This document shows, one piece after another, positions 41,550 through 54,830 of a stretch of 64,000 nt of DNA (its first letter is position 1; each line of letters opens with the position of its first letter). The notes beneath the pieces are model-generated. The model ran no database searches. It was given only the letters and a program-made list of their open reading frames with translations, and had not been told where the DNA came from. The translations under genes and the position numbers were made by a program. The DNA comes from the human T2T-CHM13v2.0 reference genome, Homo sapiens. The DNA lies in assembly GCF_009914755.1 (NCBI RefSeq), contig NC_060933.1. One strand, given 5' to 3'.

Positions 41550-44500
41550 TGGAATGGAATGGAATGGAATGGAATGGGTTCAACTCGAATGGAAGGGAAA
41601 AGAATGGAATCAACCCGAGTGGAATGGCATGGAATGGAATGAATGGAATGGAATGGAATGGAATGGAATGGAATGGATTCAACCCGAATGGAATGGAAGG
41701 GAATGGAATAAACCCGAGTGGAATGGCATGGAATGGAGTGGAATGGAATTGAATGGAAGGGAATGGTACGCAATAGAATGGAATGGAACGAAATGGAATG
41801 GAATGGAATGGAATGGAATGGAATGAACCCGTGTGCAATTGAATGGAATCGAATGGAATGGAATGCAATGGAATGGATTCAACTAGAATGGAATGGAAAG
41901 GAATGGAATCAACCCGAGTGGAATGGCATGGCATGGAATGGAATGGAATGGAATGGAAAGGATTGGTACGGAATAGAATGGAATGGAACGAAATGGAATG
42001 GAATGGAATGGAATGGAATGGAATAGAATGGAATCCACCCGATTGCAGGGGAATGGAATGGAATGGAATGGAATGGAATGGAATGGATTCAACCCGAATG
42101 GAATGGAAAGGAATGGAATCAAACCGAGTGGATTGGCATGGAATGGAATGGAATGGAATGGAATGGTAGGGAATAGAATGGAATGGAACGAAATGGAATG
42201 GAATGGAATGGAATGGAATGGAATGGAATGGAATGGAATCAACCTGAGTGCAATGGAATGGAGTGGAAGGGAATGTACTGGAACGGAAACAACACGAATG
42301 GAATGGAATGTAATGGAGTGTAAGGGAATTGAATACAATCAATCCGAATGTAATGGAATGGAATGGAACGGAATGGAATGGAATGCAATGGAATGGAATG
42401 GAATGGAATGGAATGGAATGGAATGAAATGGAATGGCAGGGAATGGAATGGAATCAACCCGAGTGCAATGGAATGGAATGGAATGGAATGGAATGGAATG
42501 GAATGGATTCAACCCGAATGGAATGGATAGGAATGGAATAAACCCGAGTGGAATGGCATGGAATGGAATGGAATGGAATGGAATGTTACGGAATAGAATG
42601 GAATGGAACGAAATGGAATGGAATGGAATGGAATGGAATGGAATGGAATGGAATGGAATGGAATGGAATCAACCTGAGTGCAATGGAATGGAATGGAATG
42701 GAATGGAATGGAATGGAAACAACCCGAATGGAATGGAATGTAATGGAGTGTAAGGAATTGAATACAATCAATCCGAATGTAATGGAATGGAATGGAACGG
42801 AATGGAATGGAATGGAATGCAGTGGAATGGAATCAAACCTAGTGCAATGGAATGGAATGGAATGGAATGGAATGGAATGGATTGGATTCAACACAAATGG
42901 AATGGAAAGCAATAGAATCAACCCGAGTGGAATGGCATGGAATGGAATGGAATGGAATGGAATGGAATGGAATGGTACGGAATAGAATGGAATGGAACGA
43001 AATGGAATGGAATGGAATGGAATGGAACGGAATGGAATGGAATCAACTCGATTGCAATGGAATGTAATGGAATGGAATGGAATTAACGCGAATAGAATGG
43101 AATGGAATGGAATGGAACGGAATGGAATGGAATGGGATGGAATGGAATCAATCTGAGTGCTGGGGGATGGAATGGAATGGAATGCAATGGAATGGAATGT
43201 AATGGAATGGAATGCAATGGAATGGAATGTAATGGAATGGAATGCAATGGAATGGAATGGAATGGAATGGAATGCAATGGAATCAACTCGATTGCAATGG
43301 GATGGAATGGAATGGAATGGAATGGAATGGAAGGGAATGGAATGGAATGGAATTAACCTGAACAGAATGGAATGGAACGGAATGGAATGGAATGGAATGG
43401 AATGGAATCAACCCGATTGCAATGGAATGGAGTGGAATGGAATGGAATGGAATGGAAACAACCCGAATGGAATGGAATGTAATGGAGTGTAAGGGAATTG
43501 AATAGAGTCAATACGAATGTAATGGAATGGAATGGAACGGAATGGAATGCAATGGAATGGAATGCAATGCAATGGAATGGGATCATCCCGAGTGTAATGG
43601 AATGGAATCGAAAGGAATGGAATGGAATGGAATGGTTTCAACACGAATGGAATGGAAAGGAATGGAATCAACCCGAGTGGAATGGAATGGAATGGAATGG
43701 AATGGAATGGAATGGAATGGAATGGAAAGGAATGGACCCGTGTGCAATGGAATGGAATCGAATGGAATGGAATGGAATGGAATGGATTCAAGTCGAATGG
43801 AATGGAAAGGAATGGAATCAACCAGAATGGAATGGCATGGAATGGAATGGCATGAAATGGAATGGAATGGAATGGAATGGTACGGAATAGAACGGAATGA
43901 AACGAAATGGAATAGAATGGAATGGAATGGAAAGGAATGGAATGGAATCAACCCGAGTGCAGGGGAATGGAATGGAATGGAAGGCAATGGAATGCAATCA
44001 TCCGGAATTGAATAGAATGGAATGGAATGGAATGGAATCAACTCGATTGCAATGGAATGTAATGGAATGGAATGGAATGGAATTAACCCTAATAGAATGG
44101 AATGGAATGGAATGGAAGGGAATGGAATGGAATGGAATGGAATGGAATTAACCGGAATAGAATGCAATGGAATGGAATGGAATGGAATGGAATGGAATGG
44201 AATGAAATGGAATCAACTCGATTTCACTGGAATGGAATGGAATGCAATGGAATGGAATGGAATGGAATGGAATGAAATTAACCCGAATAGAATGGAATGG
44301 AATGGAATGGAATGGAATGGAATGGAATGGAATAGAGTGGAATGGAATGGAATGGAATAGAATGGAATCCACCCGAGTGCAGGGGAATGGAATGGAATGG
44401 CATGCAATGGAATGGAATCATACGGAATGGAATGGAATGGAATGGAATGGAATCAACCCGATTGCAATGGAATGGAGTGGAATGGAATGGAATGGAATGG

Positions 44501-47200
44501 AAACAACCCGAATGGAATGGAATGGAATGGAGTGTAAGGGAAGTGAATAGAATCAATACGAATGTAATGGAATGGAATGGAACGGAATGGAATGCAATGG
44601 AATGGAATGGAATCCAATGGAATGGGTTCAACCCGAGTGCAATGGAATGGAATCGAAAGTAATGGAATGGAATGGAATGGATTCAACACGAATGAAATGG
44701 AAAGGAATGGAATCAACCCGAGTGGAATGGAATTTAATGGAATGGAATGGAATGGAATGCAGTGAAATGGAATCAAACCTAGTGCAATGGAATGGAATGG
44801 AATGGAATGGAATGGAATGGAATGGAATGGATTAGATTCAACCCAAATGGAATGGAAAGCAATGGAATCAACCCGAGTGGAATGGCATGGAATGGAATGG
44901 AATGGAATGGAATGGAAAGGTACGGAATAGAATGGAATGGAACGAAATGGAATGGAATGGAATGGAATGGAATGGAATGGAATGGAATGGAATAGAATGG
45001 AATCCACCCAATTGCAGGGGAATGGAATGGAATGGAATGCAATGGAATGGAATGGAATGGATTCAACCCGAATGGAATGGAAAGGAAAGGAATAAACCCG
45101 AGTGAAATGGCATGGAAGGGAATGGAATGGAATGCAATGGTACGGAGTAGAATGGAATGGAACGAAATGGAATGGAATGGAATGGAATGGAATGGAATTG
45201 GATGGAATGAACCCGTGAGCAATGGAATGGAATGGAATGGAATGGAATGGAATGGAATGGAATGGGTTCAACTCGAATGGAATGGAAAGGAATGGAATCA
45301 ACCCGAGTGGAATGGCATGGAATGGAATGGAATGGAATGGAATGGAATGGAATGGAATGGAATGGATTCAACCCGAATGGAATGGATTCAACCCGAATGG
45401 AATGGAAAGGAATGGAATAAACCCGAGTGGAATGGCATGGAATGGAGTGGAATGGAATGGAATGGAAGGGAATGGTACGGAATAGAATGGAATGGAACGA
45501 AATGGAATGGAATGGAATGGAATGGAATGGAATGGAATGGAATGGAATGGAATGAACCCGTGTGCAATTGAATGGAATCGAATGGAATGGAATGCAATGG
45601 AATGGATTCAACTAGAATGGAATGGAAAGGAATGGAATCAACTCGAGTGGAATGGCATGGCATGGAATGGAATGGAATGGAATGGAATGGAATGGAAAGG
45701 TACGGAATAGAATGGAATGGAACGAAATGGAATGGAATGGAATGGAATGAATGGAATGGAATGGAATAGAATGGAATCCACCCGATTGCAGGGGAATGGA
45801 ATGGAACGGAATACAATGGAATGGAATGGAAAGGATTCAACCCGAATGGAATGGAAAGGAATGGAATCAACCCGAGTGGAATGGCATGGAATGGAATGGA
45901 ATGGAATGGAATGGAATGGTACGGAATAGAATGGAATGGAACGAAATGGAATGGAATGGAATGGAATGGAATGGAATGGAATGGAATCAACCTGAGTGCA
46001 ATGGAATGGATTCGAATGGAATGGAATGGAGTGGAATGGATTCAACTTAAATGGAATGGAAAGAATGGAATCAACACGAGTGGAATGGCATGGAATGGAA
46101 TGGAAAGGAATGGCGTGGAATGGAATGGAATGGTTCGGAATAGAATGGATTGGAACAAAATGGAATGGAACGGAATGGAATGGAATGGAATGGAATGGAA
46201 TGGAATGGAATCAACCCGAGTACAGGGGAATGGAATGGAATGGAATGCAATGGAATGGAATCATCCGGAATGGAATGGAATGGAATGGAATGGAATGGAA
46301 TGGAATGGAATGGAATGGCAGGGAATGGAATGGAATCAACCCGAGTGCAAAGGAATGGAATGGAATGGAATGGAATGGAATGGAATGGAATGGATTCAAC
46401 GCGAATGGAATGGAAAGGAATGTAATAAACCTGAGTGGAATGGCATGGAATGGAATGGAATCGAATGGAATGGAATGGTACGGAATAGAATGGAATGGAA
46501 CGAAATGGAATGGAATGGAATGGAATGGAATGGAATCAACCTGAGTGCAATGGAATGGAGTAGAATGGAAAGTAATGGAATGGAAACAACCCGAATGGAA
46601 TGGAATGTAATGGAGTGTAAGGGAATTGAATACAATCAATCCGAATGTAATGGAATGGAATGGAACGGAATGGAATGGAATGGAATCCAGTGGAATGGAA
46701 TCAAACCTAGTGCAATGGAATGGAATGGAATGGAATGGAATGGAATGGAATGGAATGGATTGGATTCAACCCAAATGGAATGGAAAGCAATGGAATCAAC
46801 CCGAGTGGAATGGCATGGAATGGAATGGAATGGAATGGAATGGAATGGAATGGTACAGAATAAAATGGAATGGAACGAAATGGAATGGAATGGAATGGAA
46901 TGGAACGGAATGGAATGGAATCAACTCGATTGCAATGGAATGTAATGGAATGGAATGGAATGGAATTAACGCGAATAGAATGGAATGGAATGTAATGGAA
47001 CGGAATGGAATGGAATGGGATGGAATGGAATCAATCTGAGTGCAGGAGAATGGAATGGAATGGAATGCAATGGAATGGAATGGAATGGAATGGAATGCAA
47101 TGGAATCAACGAGATTGCAATGGGATGGAATGGAATGGAATGGAATGGAAAGGAATGGATTGGAATGGAATTAACCTGAACAGAATGGAATGCAATGGAA
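41550..47200 (-). repeat. Dispersed duplication in the A(-) block, offset ~3.73-3.88 kb
   Basis: gtgtgcaattg 41831/45560; aactagaatgg 41881/45610; ggcaggg 42435/46317; cctagtgc 42838/46706; aatctgag ~43150/47033. A further partial copy starts at the junction (cctag 40181; taaaaagaat 40891/47401). Confidence 0.75.
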
Positions 47201-49619
47201 TGGAACGGAATGGAATGGAATGGAATGCAATGGAATGGATTGCAATGCAATGGGATCAACCCGAGTGCAGGGGAATGGAATGGAATGGAATGCAATGGAA
47301 TGGAATCAATCAACCCGAGTGCAATAGAATGAAGTGGAATGGAATGGAATGGAATGGAAAGTACCCGAATGGAAAGGAATATAATGGAGTGTAAGGGAAT
47401 TAAAAAGAATCAATCCGAATGTAATGGAATGGAATGGAACGGAATGGAATGGAATGGAATGGAATGGAATGGAATGGAATGAAATGGAATGGCATGGAAT
47501 GGAATGGAATCAACCCGAGTTCAATGGATTGGAATCAAATGGAATGGAATGGAATGGAATGGATTCAACCCGAATGGAATGGAAAGGAATGGAATAAACC
47601 CGAGTGAAATGGCATGGAAGGGAATGGAATGGAATGGAATGGTAAGGAATAGAATGGAATGGAACGAAATGGAATGGAATGGAATGGAATGGAATGGAAT
47701 GGAATGGAATGAACACGTGTGCAATGGAATGGAATGGAATGGAATGGAATGGAATGGAATGGAATGGAATGGGTTCAACCAGAATGGAATGGAAAGGAAT
47801 GGAATCAACCCGAGTGGAATGGCATGGAATGGAATGGAATGGAATGGAATGAAATGGAATGGTAGGGAATGGATTGCAATGGAATGGAATGGAATGGAAT
47901 CAACCCGAGTGCAATGTAATGGAATTGAATGGAATGGAATAGAATGTAATGGAACGGAATGCAATGGAATGGAATCATCCGGAATGGAATGGAATGGAAT
48001 GGAATCAACCCGAGTGCAATGGAATGGAGTGGAATGGAATGGAATGGAATGGAACAACTCGAATGGAACGGAATGTAATGGAGAGTAAGGGAGTTGAATA
48101 GAATCAATCCGAATGTAATGGAATGAAATGCAACGGAATGGAATGGAATGGAATGGAATGGAATGCAATGGAATGGAATCAACCCGAGTACAATGGAATG
48201 GAATGGAATGGAATGGAATGGAATGGAATGGAATGGAATGGAATGCCTTCAAACCGAATGGAATGGAAAGAATGGAATCAACACGAGTGGAAAAGCATGG
48301 ATTGGAATGGAATGGAATGGAATCAACCCGAGTACAGGGGAATGGAATGGAATGGAATGCAATGGAATGGATTCATCCGTAATGGAATGGAAAGGAATGG
48401 AATGGAATGGAATGGAATGGAATGGAATGGAATGGAAAGGAATCAACTCGATTGCAATCGAATGGAATGGAATGGAATTAACCCGAATAGAATGGAATGG
48501 AATGGAATGGAACGGAACGGAACAGAATGGAATGGAATGGAATGGAATGGAATGGAATGGAATGGAATGGAATCAACCCGACTGCAGGGGAATGGAATGG
48601 AATGGAATGCAATGGAATGCATTCAACTTGAATGGAATGGAAAGAATGGAATCAACACGAGTGGAATGGCATGGATTGGAATGGAATGGAATGGAATCAA
48701 CCCGAGTAGAGGCGAATGGAATGGAATGGAATGCAATGGAATGGAATCATCCGTAATGGAATGGAAAGGAATGGAATGGAATGGAATTAACCCGAATAGA
48801 ATGGAATGGAATGGAATGGAACAGAATGGAACGGAAAGGAATGGAATGGAATGGAATGGAATGGAATGGTATGGAATCGAATGGAGTGGTACGGAATAGA
48901 ATGGAATGGAACGAATTGTAATGGAATGGAATTGAATGGAATGGAATGGAATGGAATGGAATCAACGCGAGTGCAGGGGAATGTAATGGAACGGAATGCA
49001 ATGGAATGGAATCATCCGGAATGGAATGGAATGGAATGGAATGGAATGGAATCAACCCGAGTGCAATGGAATGGAGTGGAATGGAATGGAATGGAATGGA
49101 ACAACCCGAATGGAATGGAATGTAATGGAGAGTAAGGGAGTTGAATAGAATCAATCCGAATGTAATGGAATGGAATGCAACGGAATGGAATGGAATGGAA
49201 TGGAATGGAATGCAAAGGAATGGAATCAAACCGAGTACAATGGAATGGAATGGAATGGAATGGAATGGAATGGAATGGAATGGAATGGAATGGAATGGAA
49301 TGAAATGGAATGATACGGAATAGAATGGAATGGAACGAAATGGAATGGAATGGAATGGAATGGAATGGAATGGAATGGAATGGAATGGAATCGTTCCGAG
49401 TGGAATAGGAGGGAATGTATTCGAGTGGAATGGAAAGGAATGGAATCAACCAGAGTGGAATGGAAGGGAATGGAATGGAATGGAAATTAATAGAATGGAA
49501 TCAACACGAGTGGAATGGAATGGAAAGGACTGGAATGGAATGGAATGGAATGGAATCAACTCGATTGTAATGGAATGGAATGGAATGGAATGGAATGGAA
49601 TGGAATGGAATGGAATGGA

Positions 49620-51100
49620 ATGGAGTGGAATGGAATGGAATCAACCCGAATGCAGGGGAATGGAATGGAATGGAATGCAATGGAATGGAATCATCAGGAA
49701 TGGAATGGAATGGAATGGAATGCAAAGCAATGGAATCAACTCAATTGCAATGGAATGGAATGGAATGGAAAGGAATACATTGGAATCAACCCGACTGGAA
49801 TGGAATGGAAAGGACTGGAATGGAGTGGAATGGAATGGAATGGAATGGAATGGAATGAACTCGATTGGAATGGAATGGAATGGAATGGAATGGAATGGAA
49901 TGGAATGGAATTAACCCGAATAGAATGGAATGGAATGGAATGGAACGGAACGGAATGGAATGGAATGGAATGGAATGGAATGGAATGGAATGGAATCAAC
50001 CCGACTGCAGGGGAATGGAATGGAATGGAATGCAATGGAATGGATTCAACTTGAATGGAATGGAAAGAATGGAATCAACACGAGTGGAATGGCATGGATT
50101 GGAATGGAATGGAATGGAATCAACCCGAGTACAGGGGAATGGAATGGAATGGAATGCAATGGAATGGAATCATCCGTAATGGAATGGAAAGGAATGGAAT
50201 GGAATGGAATGGAATGGAATGGAATGGAATGGAGTGGAATCAACTCGAATGCAATCGAATGGAATGGAATGGAATTAACCCGAATAGAATGGAATGGAAT
50301 GGAATGGAACGGAACGGAATGGAATGGAATGGAATGGAATGGAATGGAATTAACCCGAATACAATGCAATGGAATGGAATGGAACGGAATGGAGTGGAAT
50401 GGAATGGAATCAACCCGAGTGCAGGGGAATGGAATGGAATGGAATGCAATGGAAAGGAATCATCCGGAATGGAATGGAATGGAATGGAATGCAAAGCAAT
50501 GGAATCAACTCGATTGCAATGGAATGGAATGGAATGGAAAGAAATACATTGGAATCAACCCGAGTGGAAAGGAATGGAAAGGACTGGAATGGAGTGGAAT
50601 GGAATGGAATGGAATGGAATGGAATGGAAAGGAATCAACTTGATTGGAATGGAATGGAATGGAATAGAATGGAATTAACTCGAATAGAAAGGAATGGAAT
50701 GGAATGGAACGGAACGGAATGGAATGGAATGGAATGGAATGGAATGGAATGGAATGGAATGGAATCAACCCGACTGCAGGGGAATAGAATGGAATGGAAT
50801 GCAATGGAATGGATTCAACTTGAATGGAATGGAAAGAATGGAATCAACACGAGTGGAATGGCATGGATTGGAATGGAATGGAATGGAATCAACCCGACTA
50901 CAGTGGAATGGAATGGAATGGAATGCAATGGAATGGAATCATCCGTAATGGAATGGAAAGGAATGCAATGGAATGGAATGGAATGGAATGGAATGTAATG
51001 GAATCAACTCGATTGAAATCGAATGGAATGGAATGGAGTTAACCCGAATAGAATGGAATGGAATGGAATGGAACGGAACGGAACGGAAGGGAACGGAATG
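49620..51100 (-). repeat. 769-bp tandem duplication
   Basis: gcaaagcaa 49722/50491; atacattgg 49775/50544; ccgactgcagg 50001/50770. Confidence 0.85.
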
Positions 51101-53940
51101 GAATGGAATGGAATGGAATGGAATGGAATGGAATGGAATGGAGAGGAATGGAATGGAATGGAATGGAATGGAATCAACGCGAGTGCAGGGGAATGGAATG
51201 GAATGGAATGCAATGGAATGGAATCTTCCGGAATGGAATGGAATGGAATGGAATGGAATGGAATGGAATGGAATGGAATAAACCCGAGTGCAATGGAATA
51301 GAGTGGAATGGAATGGAATGGAATGGAACAACCCGAATGGAATGGAGTGTAATGGAGACTAAGGGAGTTGAATAGAATCTATCCGAATGTAATGGAATGC
51401 AATGGAACGGAATGGAATTGAATGGAATGGAATGGAATGGAATGCAATGGAATGGAATCAACCCGAGTGCAATGGAATGGAGAGGAATGGAATGGAATGC
51501 AATGGAAACTACGCGAATGGAATGGAATGTAATGGAGTGTAAGGGAATTGAATAGAATCAATCCGAATGTAATGGAATGGAATGGAACGGAATGGAATGG
51601 AATGGAATGGAATGGAATGGAATGAAATGGAATGGAATCAACCCGAGTGCAATCGAATGGAATCGAATGGAATGGAATGCAATGGAATGGATTCAACTTG
51701 AATGGAATGGAAAGAATGGAATCAACACGAGTGGAAGGGCATGGATTGGAATGGAATGGAATGGAATCAACCCGAGTACAGGGGAATGGAATGGAATTTA
51801 ATGCAATGGAATGGAATCATCCGTAATGGAATGGAAAGGAATGGAATGGAATGGAATGGAATGGAATGGAATGGAATCAACACGATTGCAATCGAATGGA
51901 ATGGAATGGAATTAACCCGAATAGAATGGAATGGAATGGAATGGAAGAGAACGGAATGGAATGGAATGGAATGGAATGGAACGGAACGGAACGGAACGGA
52001 ACGGAACGGAATGGAATGGAATGGAATGGAATGGAATGGAATCAACGCGAGTGCAGGGGAATGGAATGGAATGGAATGCAATGGAATGGAATCTTCCGGA
52101 ATGGAATGGAATGGAATGGAATGGAATGGAATGAAATGCAATGGATTCAACTCGATTGCAATGGAATGGAATAGAATGGAATGGAATGGAATGGAATGGA
52201 ATTACCCCGAATAGAATGGAATGGAATGGAATGGAACGGAACGGAACGGAATGGAATGGAATGGAATGGAATGGAATGGAATGGAATGCAATGGTATGGA
52301 ATGGAATGGAATGGTACGGAATAGAATGGAATGGAAAGAATTGTAATGGAATGGAATTGAATGGAATGGAATGGAATGGAATGGAATCAACGCGAGTGCA
52401 GGGGAATGTAATGGAACGGAATGCAATGGATTGGAATCATCCGGAATGGAATGGAATGGAATGGAATGGAATGGAATGGAATCAACCCGAGTGCAATGGA
52501 ATGCAGTGGAATGGAATGGAATGGAATGGAACAACCCGAATGGAATGGAATGTAATGGAGAGTAACGGAGTTGAATAGAATCAATCCGAATGTAATGGAA
52601 TGGAATGCAACGGAATGGAATGGAATGGAATGGAATGGAATGGAATGGAATGCAAAGGAATGGAATCAACCCGAGTGGAATGGCATGGAATGGAATGCAA
52701 TGGAATGGAAGTTAATGGAATCAACTCGAGTGGAAAGGAATGGAATGGAATGGAAAGGAATGGAATGAGATCAAGTCGAGTGGAATGGAATGGAATGGAA
52801 TGGATTGGAATGGATTGCAACGAAATGAAATCGAATGGAATGGAATGGAATCAATCATTCCGAGTAGAATGGAAGGGATTGTAATGGAGTGGAAAGAAGG
52901 GAATGGAATCAACCCGATTGGAATGCAAGGCAATGGAATGGAATGGAAAGGAATGGAATGCAATCAACTCGATTGCAATGGAATGGAATGGAATGGAATG
53001 GAATGGAATGGAATGGAATTAACCGGAATAGAATGGAATGCAATGGAATGGAACGGAATGGAATGGAATGGAAGGTAATGGAATCAACACGAGTGCAGGG
53101 GAATGGAATGGAATGGAATGCAATGGAATGGAATCATCCGGAATGGAATGGAATGGAATGGAATCAACTCCATTGTAATGGAATGGAATGGAATGGAATG
53201 GAATAGAATGGAATGGAATTAACCCGAATAGAATGGAATGCAATAGAATGTAATGGAACGGAACCGAATGGAGTGGAATGGAATGGAATGGAATCAACAT
53301 GAGTGCAGGGGAATGGAATGGAATGGAATGCAATGGAATGGAATCATCCGGAATGGAATGGAATGGAATGGAATGGAATCAAACCGAGTGCAATGGAATG
53401 GTGTGAAATGGAATGGAATGGAATGGAAACAACCTGAATGGATTGGAATATAATGGAGTGTAAGGGAATTGAATAGAATCAATCTGAATGTAATGAAATG
53501 GAATGGAACGGAATGGAATGGAATGGAATGGAATCGAATGGAATGGAATGGAATGGAATCAACCCGAGTGCAATGGAATGGATTCGAATGGAATGGAATG
53601 GAGTGGAATGGATTCAACTTAAATGGAATGGAAAGAATGGAATCAACACGAGTGGAATGGCATGGAATGGAATGGAAAGGAATGGCGTGGAATGGAATGG
53701 AATGGTTCGGAATAGAATGGATTGGAACAAAATGGAATGGAATGGAATGGAATGGAATGGAATGGAATGGAATGGAATGGGATCAACGCGATTGAAGGGG
53801 AATGTAATGGAAAGGAATGCAATGGAATGGAATGATCCGGAGTGGAATGGAATGGAATGGAATGGAATGGAATCAACCCGAGTGCAATGGAATGGAGTGG
53901 AATGGAATGGAATGGAATGGAACAACCCGAATGGAATGGA

Positions 53941-54040
53941 ATGTAATGGAGAGTAAGGGAGTTGAATAGAATCAATCCGAATGGAATGGAATGTAATTGA
54001 GGGTAAGGGAGTTGAATAGAATCAATCCGAATGTAATGGA
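53941..54040 (-). repeat. 50-bp tandem duplication of the least pentamer-like cassette
   Basis: atgtaatggagagtaagggagttgaatagaatcaatccga at 53941; atgtaattgagggtaagggagttgaatagaatcaatccga at 53991. Confidence 0.85.
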
Positions 54041-54830
54041 ATGGATAGGAACGGAATAGAATTGAATGGAATGGAATGGAATGCAATGGAATGGAATCAA
54101 CCCGAGTACAATGGAATGGAATGGAAAGGAATGGAATGGAATGGAATGGAATGGAATGGAACGGAATGGAACGGAACGGAATGGAATGGAATGGAATGGA
54201 ATGGAATGGAACGGAAAGGAATGGAATGGAATGGAATGGAATGGAATCAACGCGAGTGCAGGGCAATGGAATGGAATGGAATGCAATGGAATGGAATCTT
54301 CCGGAATGGAATGGAATGGAATGGAATGGAATCACCCCGAGTGCAATGGAAAGGAGTGGAATGGAATGGAATGGAACAACCCGAATGGAATGGAATGTAA
54401 TGGAGAGTAAGGGAGTTGAATAGAATCAATCCGAATGTAAAGGAATGGAATGGAACGGAATGGAATGGAATGGAATGCAATGGAATGCAATCAACCCGAG
54501 TACAATGGAATGGAATGGAATGGAATGGAATGGAATGGAATGGAATGGAATGGAATGAAATGGAATCAATCCGAGTGCAAGGGAATAGAGAGGAATGGTA
54601 TGGAAAGGAATGGAAACTACCCGAATGGAATGGAATGTAATGGAGTGTAAGGGAATTGAATAGAATCAATCCGAATGGAATGGAATGGAATGGAACGGAA
54701 TGTAATGTAACGTAATGGAATGGAATCAACCCGAGTGCAGGGGAAACGAATGGAATGGAATGCAATGGAATGGAATGTAATGGAATGGAATGGAATCAAC
54801 TCGATTGCAATCGAATGGAATGGAATGGAA

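Noticed and set aside
32000-48000. Fold-back sequencing artefact at the strand switch
   Set aside because: An artefact would give a near-perfect mirror image about 40042. The arms differ in module order and in many bases, though read-level confirmation is still needed.
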